Source: Macrostomum lignano (taxonomy: Eukaryota). From it: 64,000 nt of DNA. Location of the stretch: assembly GCA_002269645.1 (NCBI GenBank), contig NIVC01003355.1, positions 1-64,000 of the forward strand. Direction: 5' to 3'. Made by a program: the position numbers and the translations under genes. This document shows, piece by piece, positions 50,816-62,715 of the stretch. A model generated the notes under the pieces. It did no database searches, was not told the origin of the DNA, and worked only from the letters and a program-made list of their open reading frames with translations. Position 1 is the stretch's first letter. Each line of letters starts with the position of its first letter.

Positions 50816-53154
50816 CTGCAACAGGGAACAAGAAAATGCCGGGTTGAAGCTAAGCGTGGGCTAGAGAGAATAACAAACATATGGAGGCAGAGTTGACGAG
50901 ACGAAAGGGCTCAGCCAATCGGCGCGGCGTGGTCTCGGCGTGGTGCTGACGCACTGAGTTGACGGCCAGGACCCAAACCGCAGTCTAACGACGGCTCAGA
51001 AGGGCCACTCGCAGTTGGACAAGGTGCATGGCGCTAGTGATCATGTTCGGCCTCCAGCGCTTCAACCAGTTCCTCCAAGGCCGCAAAGTTCGTCATCTTG
51101 ATCAACTAAAAGCCGCTCGTAGGGCTCCTTGGTGAAAACAAGGCGATTCCGCGGAGCACGCGGCTGCTCGCATGCAGTGCTGGGCGATCCATTTGAACGG
51201 TTACGACTAATTGCTGGAGTTCCGGCCTACCAGCAAGCACGCCAACTGCAACTCGCTGTCCCGGTTACCACTGCCGAGGCAGTTCGAAGAGGAGCCAGCT
51301 GTTAAAGCCCTTGGCGAGACCGGGATGAGGAGACCGGGTCCACTAGACCGGCGTGCCAATGGCTGTCGCTGACCTGATCAACTTCGCGAGGCGGCGGGAG
51401 ACGGGTTGAGCGTCAAGCAGGGCTGCGTGTTGTGGGGCGCCCGCGTCCTGGTGTCGGCGCGGTTCTGCGACAAGGCGTGCTGGACGAGCTACACCAGGCG
51501 CACCCCGGAATCAACCGCATGCAAACACTGGCCCGCAGCTACGTCTGCGGCCCGCGGCCTGGACGAGCAGCTAGCGATGACCGTCAACTCGTGCCGGACC
51601 TGTACGCTGAACCAAGCGGACCCGCGGCCAAAGCGATCCGGTGTAACCGTTGCCGTCCCTGCTGAACTTTGGGGCGAGACTGCACCTGGACTTCGCCGGC
51701 TCCGCGCTAACGTTCGCACGTACCTGGTAATCGCCGACGGAGGTTCAGCCGGTGCACAGCGTAACATCAGCTGCCACTATCGAGCGACTTCGCGAGGTCC
51801 TCGCCAGACTGGGCATGATCCCCGGGTGTTGGTCTCCGACAGCGGCCCACAGTTTAGCTCCCCGGAGTTCAGCACAGCGAGTTCACAAGATGCAACGTCG
51901 GCATCGCCGACACATTTTCTCGGCGCCGTTCCATCCAGCAACGAACAGCCAGGCGGAGAAGTTTGTCCAGGTTCTCAAGCGACATATATCCTCATGAGCG
52001 AGCACTCAATGGCGGCACTGCGGCAGATGCTGCAGCTGTCGTCATACCGCAACACACCGCACTCGATCACTGGCGAGGCTCCAGCTAGCTGCGCTCATCG
52101 GCCGCAGACCTCACTGCGAGTCGGCTGGACCTGCTGATGCCATCGCTGACGAGCAGCATGCAGCAGCGCCAGAGCGGCAGGTGGAGCAGCAGCCGCATGC
52201 GCGCGAGTTTCAAGTCGGCAATCGAGATCTACTGTGCGACTTCAGCTCCAACGCAAAGGCTGGCGGCGACACCCACCTGGTCGGAGGGCGCCGCGATCGT
52301 ATCTGCTGGATACGCTGAAATGTTTTATCTTCTTAGCGTATTTTTCCGTAAAACCTGCCTCCATAATTTTTTACAAAACGTAGTTTCCCGTCCTTCTACA
52401 GCTCGTACATGGTACTTTAGAGTAGATCCTTGATCGAAGGTCGCGTCGATAAATTGATCGAAAAGCTGAATGCATGTAAAACTGTTTGGAGCTTTTTTCA
52501 TTAGTGATGATATGCGCAGTACAAAGCAATGCATACAACATGTAAGCGAAAAGCTTACATGACATGTGCATGCACCGTACCGAGTGAGGCCAACCGATAT
52601 ATGGAACTCTGCGACTGCAACGTTGATTTGTAGAACTTTTTGAACCGAGCTTATTGTAAGATTAGGGCAGAAAAGTTTTGTTGAAATATGAAACTGATGA
52701 TAAGCGGATAAAAATGATTTATATATGTATGTATCGTACGATATCCGCGCCGGTTGTGCTCTGAGAGTCTGAGACTGAGATCAATGCCCGATTGTATTGA
52801 TTCGACTTAACAGTTAAATGTAATTAATAGTGTACTCGGTAAAACAAATTTGGGTTGTTTTTAGATTTGTTTAATAAAAACAATGGTGTACTGAATAGTA
52901 CAGCTGGAAGTGATACATGTATATGATATTTGCAATTCCCCAGTAGTCGAGCGAACAGATCACCAAATGCTTTTTTTCTGATATTTTTAAACTTGACCCC
53001 ACGGTTCTTGTTCTTGAAGTTAGAAGAAGACGACGACAGTATAAGGAAGTTTGTTCCTTAATTAAAAGAAGTTGCAAGTTGGCTAATAGCTAGGCCTACA
53101 TGACCTAGTGGGACCTAGAACACAGTTTAAATCAGTATCGGTCAGTAGCAAGTA

Positions 53155-56100
53155 ATGGACTTAAAGATACAACCCTCAAGACATCGCTATCCATATTGTA
53201 TTGTTTGGACTCCAATTCCTATTCTAAGGTAGGTTTTTTCTTAGGCCTAAGCGCCTATGTCTTATCATACTATGTATTAATTTAAGGTGTATGACTAGAC
53301 CTCATGCATAAAGATAAATTTATATTAGATGTAGGCCCTAAGCCCTAGGCTGAATGATATAAGTAAGACTGACTATAGACTTATGGTATAATGAAAGACT
53401 GAATACTGAATAGGCTAGGCCCTAGGCCTAGCCTAGGTCCTAGTCCTAGGAAAACATTATCATTATACCTAGACATTAATTCTAAAGGGAAGTCATATGA
53501 ATAGTAAATGTGTCAAAAGTCTAAAATGTAAATAAAAAAGAATATCTTAAGGCTTTAATTAATCTATATTTTATAGGGCCTAGGCCCCTACTAGATTTAA
53601 AAAAGACAGTGCTTATTCTCATGGTCCAATGCCTATCAATCAATAGGCCTAACATCAATAGGGCCTGCTATCCACATGACATGGCATTATTACCATGCTA
53701 ATAATGCCTTGATTTTTGCATGATTTTTGAATTATGATAATCACATTTAAAAAAGCAAAACTTAGGATTACCAGGTGTTGGAAGTCTTTTCAATAAATTA
53801 AAAGCAACATAAAAAGTATTATTACTCAAATTTTATGTATTTTTGGCTGCTAAAACTTTTTGCACATGTTCATGCCTTGTAGTTAATATTATTCAAAATA
53901 GCCATTTCCAGCTTCAATGACTCTCTTAAGGCATCCTCAGAAAGCCCTGCAAGTGTCACGGATATAGGCTGGTGACATAGCATTCAACTCTTCTATTATA
54001 GCAGCCTTCAGTGACTCAATGTTGCTATGACAGACAGTGCAGGCCTTGTTTTCAATGTGCACCCACACACTGTAATCAAGTGGCAATAGATCTGGCAACA
54101 ATGGCAGCCAGTACAACTTTGGCTTGAAGTTCATGTTCTGCTCCAGCCACTCCTATGCAGCCCTTGATGTATGTACAGGTGCTCCGTCCTGTTGAAACAC
54201 ATAATTTCCATCAGGGAAGTTGGCATTAATCTATGGCTTGATTTTGCTAGTAAGAACATTGTACTCTGCTCTAGTCAATTGGTATCCAACAAAAAACCAT
54301 ACTAGTGGGCAGACGCAGCCATTCAACGCAATGACACCAAGCATCATCCTGCTTGAGGGGTACTTGGTTGTTGAGACAAACCTAACTGACTCTGGAATGT
54401 CCTTCTCAAGCTTGATGAATCTTTCATTGCAACAGTTTCAAGTAGGATCCACGTCAAAGTTCTTCTCATTGCTGAAGATGATGATGCGTCCAGTAGGAGC
54501 TGACTTCAAATTGTTCAAGAGTAGGCTTGCTCTCTCCAGACAGTTTTGTTGCACCGCGTCACTTAGCAAAGGCCTAGTCTCCTGCACTGCGAGGGACTTG
54601 CCACCAAGCTTTTTCATGGTTCTTAAGTTGGTCAACTTGTAGATGTTGAATTCTTGTCCCAGGCTTGCCATTGAATGCTTTGGATTCTCAAGAATGGCAT
54701 CTTGAAGCTCAGAATTGCTCACTGCCACTAGCTGGCCACTTTGTTGCTTGTCTTTTAAAGCATCTTCAACTTCTTCATTGGCCATTCACTTCTTGATGTT
54801 GTACAATGTTCTTTCAATGCAGTTTACCATTGTAGTGATTTCCTTAGGTTTGATACCCGCGTGTAGCAAGGTGGTAATCTGATACCTTTTCATCTCCATC
54901 TTATAATAAAGTGGTCAGATTGATCTGAAATGCAATTTTGTTTTTGTTCTTGGTAGTTTCAGTTGTAGAAATTTGAAATGATAGGTAAGTTTAAGATATT
55001 TTAGGATAAACTTTCCTATTAATAAAGAGCAATTTGGCTTTAAATAAAGCATATTTTTCTTTTCATTTAGATTAGCTACTAAGAAAGTCTAATTTGAAAA
55101 AAGGATGACAAAAATTTAATATCATAAAATTTGCACAAAAGGAATCTTATCTCAAACAACTAAGAATTAATCCCAATCAATGCATTTGAAAAATTATAGC
55201 TTAATAATCAATGCACTTAATAATATCTTTTGTTGAATATCTAAACTCTCTTTGAATTCTTGTCTTTATTCTTTAGGACCTTTATTGAGTTACATATTTA
55301 AATCCTAATAGGATTAGTATTTCAATAATTGGACTTATTTTGTAAATAATGCTATTTGTTTTTATAAATCTAGGTCTAAATTCAATTTAGCATGTCAACT
55401 AAAGACAGAAGCATGTTAGTTATTATCTAGCTTATGGTTTAAAATCAAGTCTCTTTGACCCATAAAAGTTGTATAAAATTTGCAGACTATACTTGTAGAT
55501 AAATCATAATTAACAACTGACTGAAATCTTAGAGTCCCAAGAATCCTACCAGTTATAAGATTATTGATACCTGAAATATAATATGAATTTTCAGAAAAAA
55601 ATATAAATTTAATCTTAGATTAAAGAGATGAAGTTATCATTATTTAAGCTCAAAGCTTATCTCACATGTGTTATATTAATTCCTAAACCTATATATTGGG
55701 GGGTTGGCAAAAAATTTAACATGAAGGCCAGATACTCCTATAGAATCTAGTGCATGACTGCGAGTCAGGGAAGAGAGGAGAGAGGGAGATGAGAGAAATA
55801 GGGGAGAGATGGGGAGAAATGAGAGAGGAAATGAGGGAGGTATGGGGGAAGGAGGGGAGATGAGAGAGGTGAGGGGAAGGGAGATGAGAGAGGTGAGGGG
55901 AAGGGAGAGGAGAGATGAGGGGAAGGGAGATGAGAGAGATGAGGGGAATGGAGATGAGAGAGGTGAGGGGAAGGGAGAGGAGAGAGGTGAGGGGAAGGGA
56001 GAGGTGAGGGGAAGGGAGATGAGAGAGATGAGGGGAATGGAGATGAGAGAGGTGAGGGGAAGGGAGAGGAGAGAGGTGAGGGGAAGGGAGAGGAGAGAGG

Positions 56101-57599
56101 TGAGGGGAAGGGAGAGGAGAGAGGTGAGGGGAAGGGAGATGAGAGAGGTGAGGGAAAGGGAGATGAGAGAGGTGAGGGGAAGGGAGAGGAGAGAGGTGAG
56201 GGGAAGGGAGATGAGAGAGATGAGGGGAAGGGAGATGAGAGGTGAGGGGAAGGGAGAGGAGAGAGGTGAGGGGAAGGGAGAGGAGAGAGATGAGGGGAAG
56301 GGAGAGGAGAGGGAAAGAAGAATGTTGTGAGGGGGTGAGAGAGGGGCTGAGAAGAGATACAAGCATTAAGTGGATCGGATTGCTACTAAGAAGTTTCAAA
56401 GGACTTAAGGGCCGGGTAAAGAGGCTTCACAGGCTGGAGTTTGCCAACCCCTGCTATACAAGTATAGTTTTGGATACTAAATCAACATTTTAGTTGGCTC
56501 ATTCCACTTATTGGTCACATGGGCATCTGCACTAGCGCTGGAGTGGTTCGCGATTTTGCCGGACCCTACACCATTGGCGAAGATGAAATGGCATTTGGAT
56601 GGCCAACTAAACTGTGGCAATTGAGTCCGGCACTGGTGCAAACTGATTCTAATGCTGCCGCGCTTGACTGGGACAGCGCCGTGAATGGCGCTTGCGATGT
56701 CTATAGAGGGCGCATGGTAGGTTTTCCTTACTGCTGCTCTGGATTGTGAAGATTACAAGTGAAATAGGACTGGAGATTTTAATGAGAGACTGCTGCTGGT
56801 AGAACAATGTCGAGGCGGAATGATGCTAAGAGGGAATGATGCTGGAAGAGAGATGTGGGAAGGGAGTGATGCTGGGAGAGAGTGATGCTGAGAGGGAATT
56901 ATGCTGAGAGGGAATTATGCGGAGAGGGAATGATGCTGAGAGGGAATTATGCTGGGAGAGAGTGATGCTGAGAGGGAATTATGCTGGGAGAGAGTGATGC
57001 TGAGAGGGAATGATGCTGAGGGGGAGTGATGCTGAGGGAGAATGATGCTGAAGGGGAATTATGCTTCCGGGAAGAATGCTGCATGCTAAATTATGTGGGA
57101 TTTTAATGGTTGCATTGGATTTTGCTGCATAAAGGATTTCATTGATGATATTTTACTACGTCCAATGCGGACGTGCCCAGTGGGATTTTGGGGATTTGGA
57201 GTTTCCCTAATAATTTGATTGGGACTATTTAAGTATCTATATATCTGAAAGCAAGTCATAGTTACCCTTGCCGTTTACCGCAGCTCAAAAAGCATTGGAA
57301 ATACGTTAATCCCGCAGCATAATCTACTATGCGACAACTGTCACAGTCATGCAGCCTTAGCGCTGAATCTCATGCACTACAACAATTGTCGGTCCTGGAA
57401 TATGGTTAAATTATTCTTTGTGTTCACTCTGCATAGCAGATATGTCAGGTATGTTTTCTATTTCTAATGCTTTCTAAGATGTACTTTAATTTATTGATAA
57501 CCGCCAAATTTTAGTTGGGCCAGTCTAGTTCAAACCTGGCTGTCGTTCTGCATTCTGGCGATCGTTGTAATCTGTTTCAGCGCTTTTCTGAGGCAGTGA
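53155..57599 (+). CDS. TMEM222: Transmembrane protein 222 (RTE1-like family), 4 exons, 170 aa
   Basis: Exons 53155-53228, 56494-56716, 57318-57448, 57515-57599 (513 nt; phases 2,0,2). Sequence [40 protein letters not shown]...MAFGWP...YRGRMHNLLCDNCHSH...WNMV matches the family. Confidence 0.93.
53889..54899 (-). pseudogene. Tc1/mariner superfamily transposase fossil (maT/DD37D-like) in TMEM222 intron 1
   Basis: MEMKRYQITTLLHAG (HTH start), IIFSNEKNFDV (first catalytic D position now N), VFQQDGAPVH, PDLLPLDYSVW, LKRVIEAGNGYFE*. Several stops and frameshifts; TIRs not identified. Confidence 0.85.
55765..56345. repeat. Purine-rich minisatellite (GAGAGGTGAGGGGAAGGGAGA-like)
   Basis: Recurrent unit, almost pure A/G; in TMEM222 intron 1. 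Confidence 0.9.
56815..57062. repeat. 20-bp minisatellite (ATGCTGAGAGGGAATT-like) in TMEM222 intron 2
   Basis: ~12 units. Confidence 0.85.
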
Positions 57600-57754
57600 C
57601 TCAAGTTTTAAAAGTGACCACAATGTGCACGTTACAGTGTGTTTTGTTCATTGTTAATAATTAATATAAGAGCTCTCTAGAAATTTTTATTTTTTTCTTC
57701 TGAAAGTCTTCTGCACTGTTTTTTGTATTTTTTCTTGTTTCTTAGCTTACTCTT

Positions 57755-58350
57755 GATCCTCAGTTGCCGGGCTAGCCTCCCAGATCCTCAATTGCTGGGC
57801 CAGCCTCCCAGATCCTCAGTTTCTGGGCCAGCCTCCCAGATCCCCAGTTGCTGGGCCAGCCTCCCACAGTGTCAGTTTCTAGGCCAGCCTCCCAGATCCC
57901 CAGTTTCTGGGCCAGCCTCCCAGATCCTCAGTTGCTGGGCCAGCCTCCCAGATCCCCAGTTTCTGGGCCAGCCTCCCAGATCCCCAGTTTCTGGGCCAGC
58001 CTCTCAGATCCCCAGTTTCTGGGCCAGCCTCCCAGATCCTCAGTTGCTGGGCCAGCCTCCCAGATCCTCAGTTGCCGGGCTAGCCTCCCAGATCCTCAGT
58101 TGCCGGGCTAGCCTCCCAGATCCTCAGTTGCTGGGCCAGCCTCCCAGATCCCCAGTTTCTGGGCCAGCCTCTCAGATCCCCAGTTTCTGGGCGAGCCTCC
58201 TAGATCCCAGTTTCTGGGCCAGCCTCCCAGATCCTCAGTTGCCGGGCTAGCCTCCCAGATCCTCAGTTGCCGGGCTAGCCTCCCAGATCCTCAGTTGCTG
58301 GGCTAGCCTCCCAGATCCCCAGTTTCTGGGCCAGCCTCCCTGATCCTCAG
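57755..58350. repeat. 28-bp minisatellite (GGGCCAGCCTCCCAGATCCTCAGTTGCT)n
   Basis: Period 28, ~21 units, between TMEM222 and the next gene. Confidence 0.95.
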
Positions 58351-58468
58351 TGGTCTTAATTCTTCCGATAGAGCTGCCACCTCCCAATACTCATAAGATA
58401 AGCTTTTAACTTTATAGATAGAAATGATACCAATGAATATCACAGTAAAAAATGCTGCTTTCCAGCTG

Positions 58469-61375
58469 ATGAAGCAGAAGCAGCAGTTGCCCAGCTCGAG
58501 CAGCGATTTCGACTGCGCTGAATGCGGTTTTAAAATTCCAAAATCTGTAGGCAACTATCACCGCTGCTCTGTCTGTCTGCTGTCGGCTCATCTTGACTGC
58601 TCAGCTAGACTCTTTCCTGCCTCGCTGATCGCCAAGGTTGGGGCTGCCAGTTCATCCTCATCCAGCGTTTGCCGGTTTTGCAGCCAAAATTCCGCGTGTC
58701 AGAAGTGTGATGACAGCGGCAGTAATAATGCTGATAATTCTGGAACCTGCAGCTGTTTAGTATGCGAGAGGCCTGTGCTGTCCTCTGCCGAACAGTTCAC
58801 CCAGTGCCCGTCGTGTCTGCTGGGCGTTCATCGGCATTGCATTGTGAACACCGATGCTAGGGCTGCAAGTTATCGCCAGTTGTTTCAAGATTCCACTATG
58901 CCACCATTCTGCAAGTTATGCGCTAGTCACGTGACTACTAAAACTAGTACTACTAATCAAAAAAGTAACGCGGCTAGATCGTCTAGTTCCGGTTGGAAAT
59001 TTCCTAAGGGCTTTGGCAATGCTGAAGCAACTTCCGGCGGCTCATCAAAATTGAATTCCGATGGTTCAAGTGCAACTTTCGGTTCCGCAACGTTGAAGCC
59101 AACGTTGAAACGATCGTCTACTCGAGCTGCTACCAGGTATGCTTAATATCAAAGTCGTCTTGTCGTCTAGGCATAAGATTGCCATTCTTTTTAAAGTATA
59201 GTTCAAGCGTTTAGGGTCTGAATTACAGGGTTTAGGGTCTGAATTACAGGGTTTAGGGTATGAATTACACAGTGTAGGGTATGAAATATAGGATTAAGGG
59301 TATGAAGTACAGGATTAAGGGTATGAAGTACAGGATTAAGGGTATGAAGTACAGGATTAAGGGTATGAAGTACAGGATTAAGGGTATGAATTACAAGGTT
59401 TAGGGTCTGAATTACAGGATTAAGGGTATGAAGTACAGGATTAAGGGTATGAATTACAAGGTTTAGGGTCTGAATTACAGGATTAAGGGTATGAATTACA
59501 AGGTTTAGGGTCTGAATTACAGGATTAAGGGTATGAAGTACAGGATTAAGGGTATGAAGTACAGGATTAAGGGTATGAAGTACAGGATTAAGGGTATGAA
59601 TTACAAGGTTTAGGGTCTGAATTACAGGATTAAGGGTATGAAGTACAGGATTAAGGGTATGAAGTACAGGATTAAGGGTATGAAGTACAGGATTAAGGGT
59701 ATGAAGTACAGGATTAAGGGTATGAATTACAAGGTTTAGGGTATGAATTACAGGGTTTAGGGTATGAATTACAGGATTAAGGGTATGAATTACAGGATTA
59801 AGGGTATGAAGTACAGGATTAAGGGTATGAATTACAGGATTAAGGGTATGAAGTACAGGATTAAGGGTATGAATTACAGGGTTTAGGGTTTACAGGGTTT
59901 AGGGTATGAATTACAGGGTTTTGTGTCTGTACTACTAGGTTCAGAATCTGTAAATTAGGCTTTATATGCAGGTCGACCGATATTCTGTAATGCTAAATTC
60001 AGAATATTGAATACTTTCTTCCGAAGCTGAAATTCATTTTTAGGGTCTGTATATAATTTCCACCCAAGTACAAAGTTAATAAATTAAGTTTAGTGTCATA
60101 ATAGTATCAAGGGGCGTCAGCTGATATGATCCCATTTATTCCCCTTTCCAAGCACCGCTGGCGCTGGCGCAGATTCCGGCTATCAAGAATCGGAAGACGA
60201 AGAGCCCAGAGAGAAGCTGAGCAAATTAAAAACATCGCTGAAAAAGAAAAAAAGCCAAACTGCTTGCCAAGTCGAAGCCCGCCAGGGGTCATCTGTTGCC
60301 GAACTTGGTAAGTTCTAGCAAATTGGTTATCGTCAGACTCTGACGACAATCTGTCGGACAGTCCAGTGACTTGCGTAGCCTGCGAAGGCCAACTTAGTCC
60401 GTCGGAGAAGTCTGTGGTGCAGTGCCCGACCTGTCAGCTGGCTTGTCACGACGATCCGGAGTGCTCCGCCGATGTGTTCCCGAGTCCGCCTAGGTGCCGA
60501 CTGTGTCAGTCTGGGGCCACCGTGTCCACGCCTGCTGGCGCTGATGATGTAAGAGTCTGCTTGGCGGTTTGGGGGTGATTTGATTTACTACTGGTTGTGC
60601 ACATTGTTAGGGTGGGTTTTGGTGATGTACATTTTTGAGGTGGCAGTTTTGATGTTGTACATGGTTGGAGTGGGTGTTTTGGGGATCTACATTGTGGGGA
60701 TGGGGTTTCTTTATGTACATTGTTTGAGTGGGTGTTTCGGTGATGAACATCGTTGGGGTGGGTGTTTGGGTGATGTACATTGTTGGGGGTGGGTGTTTGG
60801 GTGATGTACATTGTTGGGGTGGGTGTTTGGGTGATGTACATTGTTGGGGTGAGTGTTTGGGTGATGTACATTGTTGGGGTGGGTGTTTGGGTGATGTACA
60901 TTGTTGGGGTGAGTGTTTGGGTGATGTACATTGTTGGGGTGGGTGTTTCGGTGATGCATGTTGTTAGGGTGGGTTTTTAGGTGATGTACATTGTTGGAGT
61001 GGGGGTTTGGGTGATGTACATTGTTGGGTCGAGTGTTTGGGTGATGTACACGGGGATTTGTAATTTCTTAGTGGGTGCTGACTCTGCAGCCTCTTCAAAC
61101 GCCATCACTAACAGAGACTGTTCAACGCAGACGGTTCGGAGGAGTGCCCGATGTGCTTGAACTCTCTGCCAAGTCAAGTGGCCACCCCTGACTGCTGTCC
61201 GCACCATCGCTTCTGCCCGCCCTGCCTTCGCAGCTGGGCTGCTGGCACGCGGATCTGTCCGCTAGACCGGCGGCCGTTTCGCATGCTGCAGGTTCGGGCC
61301 CTCACCCAGCCCGACACGGTGCTATCGAGCGAATTGGCCACGGGCTCGTCTAAAGCTGATGCCAGGATGTACTGA
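58469..61375 (+). CDS. Multi-zinc-finger protein: three PHD/C1-like Cys-His clusters plus a PHRF1/SCAF11-type RING (C3HC3D); ~431 aa in 4 exons, may extend further
   Basis: Exons 58469-59136, 60153-60307, 60337-60548, 61115-61375 (phases 2,1,0; 1296 nt); CTAAC branch point before the 61115 acceptor. RING CPMCLNSLPSQVATPDCCPHHRFCPPCLRSWAAGTRICPLDRRPF resembles PHRF1 CPICL...TPENCAHYFCLDCIVEWSK...CPVDRTLF. Start codon and 3' end uncertain. Confidence 0.7.
59205..59915. repeat. 21-bp intronic minisatellite (AGGATTAAGGGTATGAAGTAC)n with embedded TTAGGG-like motifs
   Basis: AGGATT at 59290, 59311, 59332 (period 21); variant units contain GGTTTAGGG. Confidence 0.95.
60585..61050. repeat. 30-bp intronic minisatellite (TGATGTACATTGTTGGGGTGGGTGTTTGGG)n
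   Basis: Period 30; fills intron 60549-61114. Confidence 0.9.
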
Positions 61376-61394
61376 CTGCTTGTGACTTGTGTGA

Positions 61395-62715
61395 CCTGAC
61401 CAGTGACTCTCACTGTGACTCTCCCACTGACTCTCGTTGTCTCTCCCACTGACTCTCATCGTCTCCCACTGACTCTCATCATTTCTCCAACTGACTCTCA
61501 TCATCTCTCCAACTGACTCTCATCATCTCTCCAACTGACTCTCATCATCTCTCCAACTGACTCTCATCATCTCTCCAACTGACTCTCATCATCTCTCCAA
61601 CTGACTCTCATCATTTCTCCAACTGACTCTCATCATCTCTCCAACTGACTCTCATCATCTCTCCAACTGACTCTCATCATCTCTCCAACTGACTCTCATC
61701 ATTTCTCCAACTGACTCTCATCATCTCTCCAACTGACTCTCATCATCTCTCCAACTGACTCTCATCATCTCTCCAACTGACTCTCATCATCTCTCCAACT
61801 GACTCTCATCATCTCTCCAACTGACTCTCATCATCTCTCCAACTGACTCTCATCATCTCTCCAACTGACTCTCATCATTTCTCCAACTGACTCTCATCAT
61901 CTCTCCAACTGACTCTCATCATCTCTCCAACTGACTCTCATCATCTCTCCAACTGACTCTCATCATCTCTCCAACTGACTCTCATCATCTCTCCAACTGA
62001 CTCTCATCATCTCTCCACTGACTCTCCTCATCTCTCCACTGACTCTCCTCATCTCTCCACTGATTCTCTCATCTCTCCAACTGACTCTCATCATCTCTCC
62101 AACTGACTCTCATCATCTCTCCAACTGACTCTCATCATCTCTCCAACTGACTCTCATCATCTCTCCACTGACTCTCATCATTTCTCCACTGACTCTCATC
62201 ATTTCTCCACTGACTCTCATCATCTCTCCACTGACTCTCATCATCTCTCCACTGACTCTCATCATCTCTCCAACTGACTCTCATCATCTCTCCAACTGAC
62301 TCTCATCATCTCTCCACTGACTGTCCTTATCTCTCCAACTGACTCTCATCATCTCTCCACTGACTCTCATCATCTCTCCAACTGACTCTCATCATCTCTC
62401 CACTGACTCTCATCATCTCTCCACTGACTCTCATCATCTCTCCAACTGACTCTCATCATCTCTCCAACTGACTCTCATCATCTCTCCACTGACTCTCATC
62501 ATCTCTCCAACTGACTCTCATCATCTCTCCAACTGACTCTCATCATCTCTCCACTGACTGTCCTTATTTCTCCAACTGACTCTCATCATCTCTCCACTGA
62601 CTCTCATCATCTCTCCAACTGACTCTCATCATCTCTCCACTGACTCTCATCATATCTCCAACTGACTCTCATCATCTCTCCAACTGACTGTCCTTATCTC
62701 TCCCACTGACTCTCA
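61395..62715. repeat. 22-bp minisatellite (CTCCAACTGACTCTCATCATCT)n, ~60 copies
   Basis: CCAACTG at 61509, 61531, 61553. Confidence 0.95.

Larger units (their letters stand above)
49400..52200 (+). pseudogene. Decayed Ty3/Gypsy pol (RT connection, RNase H, integrase), interrupted by later insertions at ~49470-50940
   Basis: Fragments: QQKAFEKFKRLLLESPV (49415-49468); LTTAQKGHSQLDK, IMFGLQRFNQFLQGRK, KHANCNSLSRLPLP (RNase H); ELHQAHPGINRMQTLARSY...CRTC (HHCC zinc finger); LHLDFAG, DSGPQFSS, PFHPATNSQAEKFVQVLK, YRNTPHSITGEAP (integrase). Many frameshifts. Confidence 0.9.

Noticed and set aside
59971-59990. Alternative acceptor TTTATATGCAG for exon 2 of the zinc-finger gene
   Set aside because: Leads to an in-frame TAA within six codons; the 60153 acceptor preserves frame.
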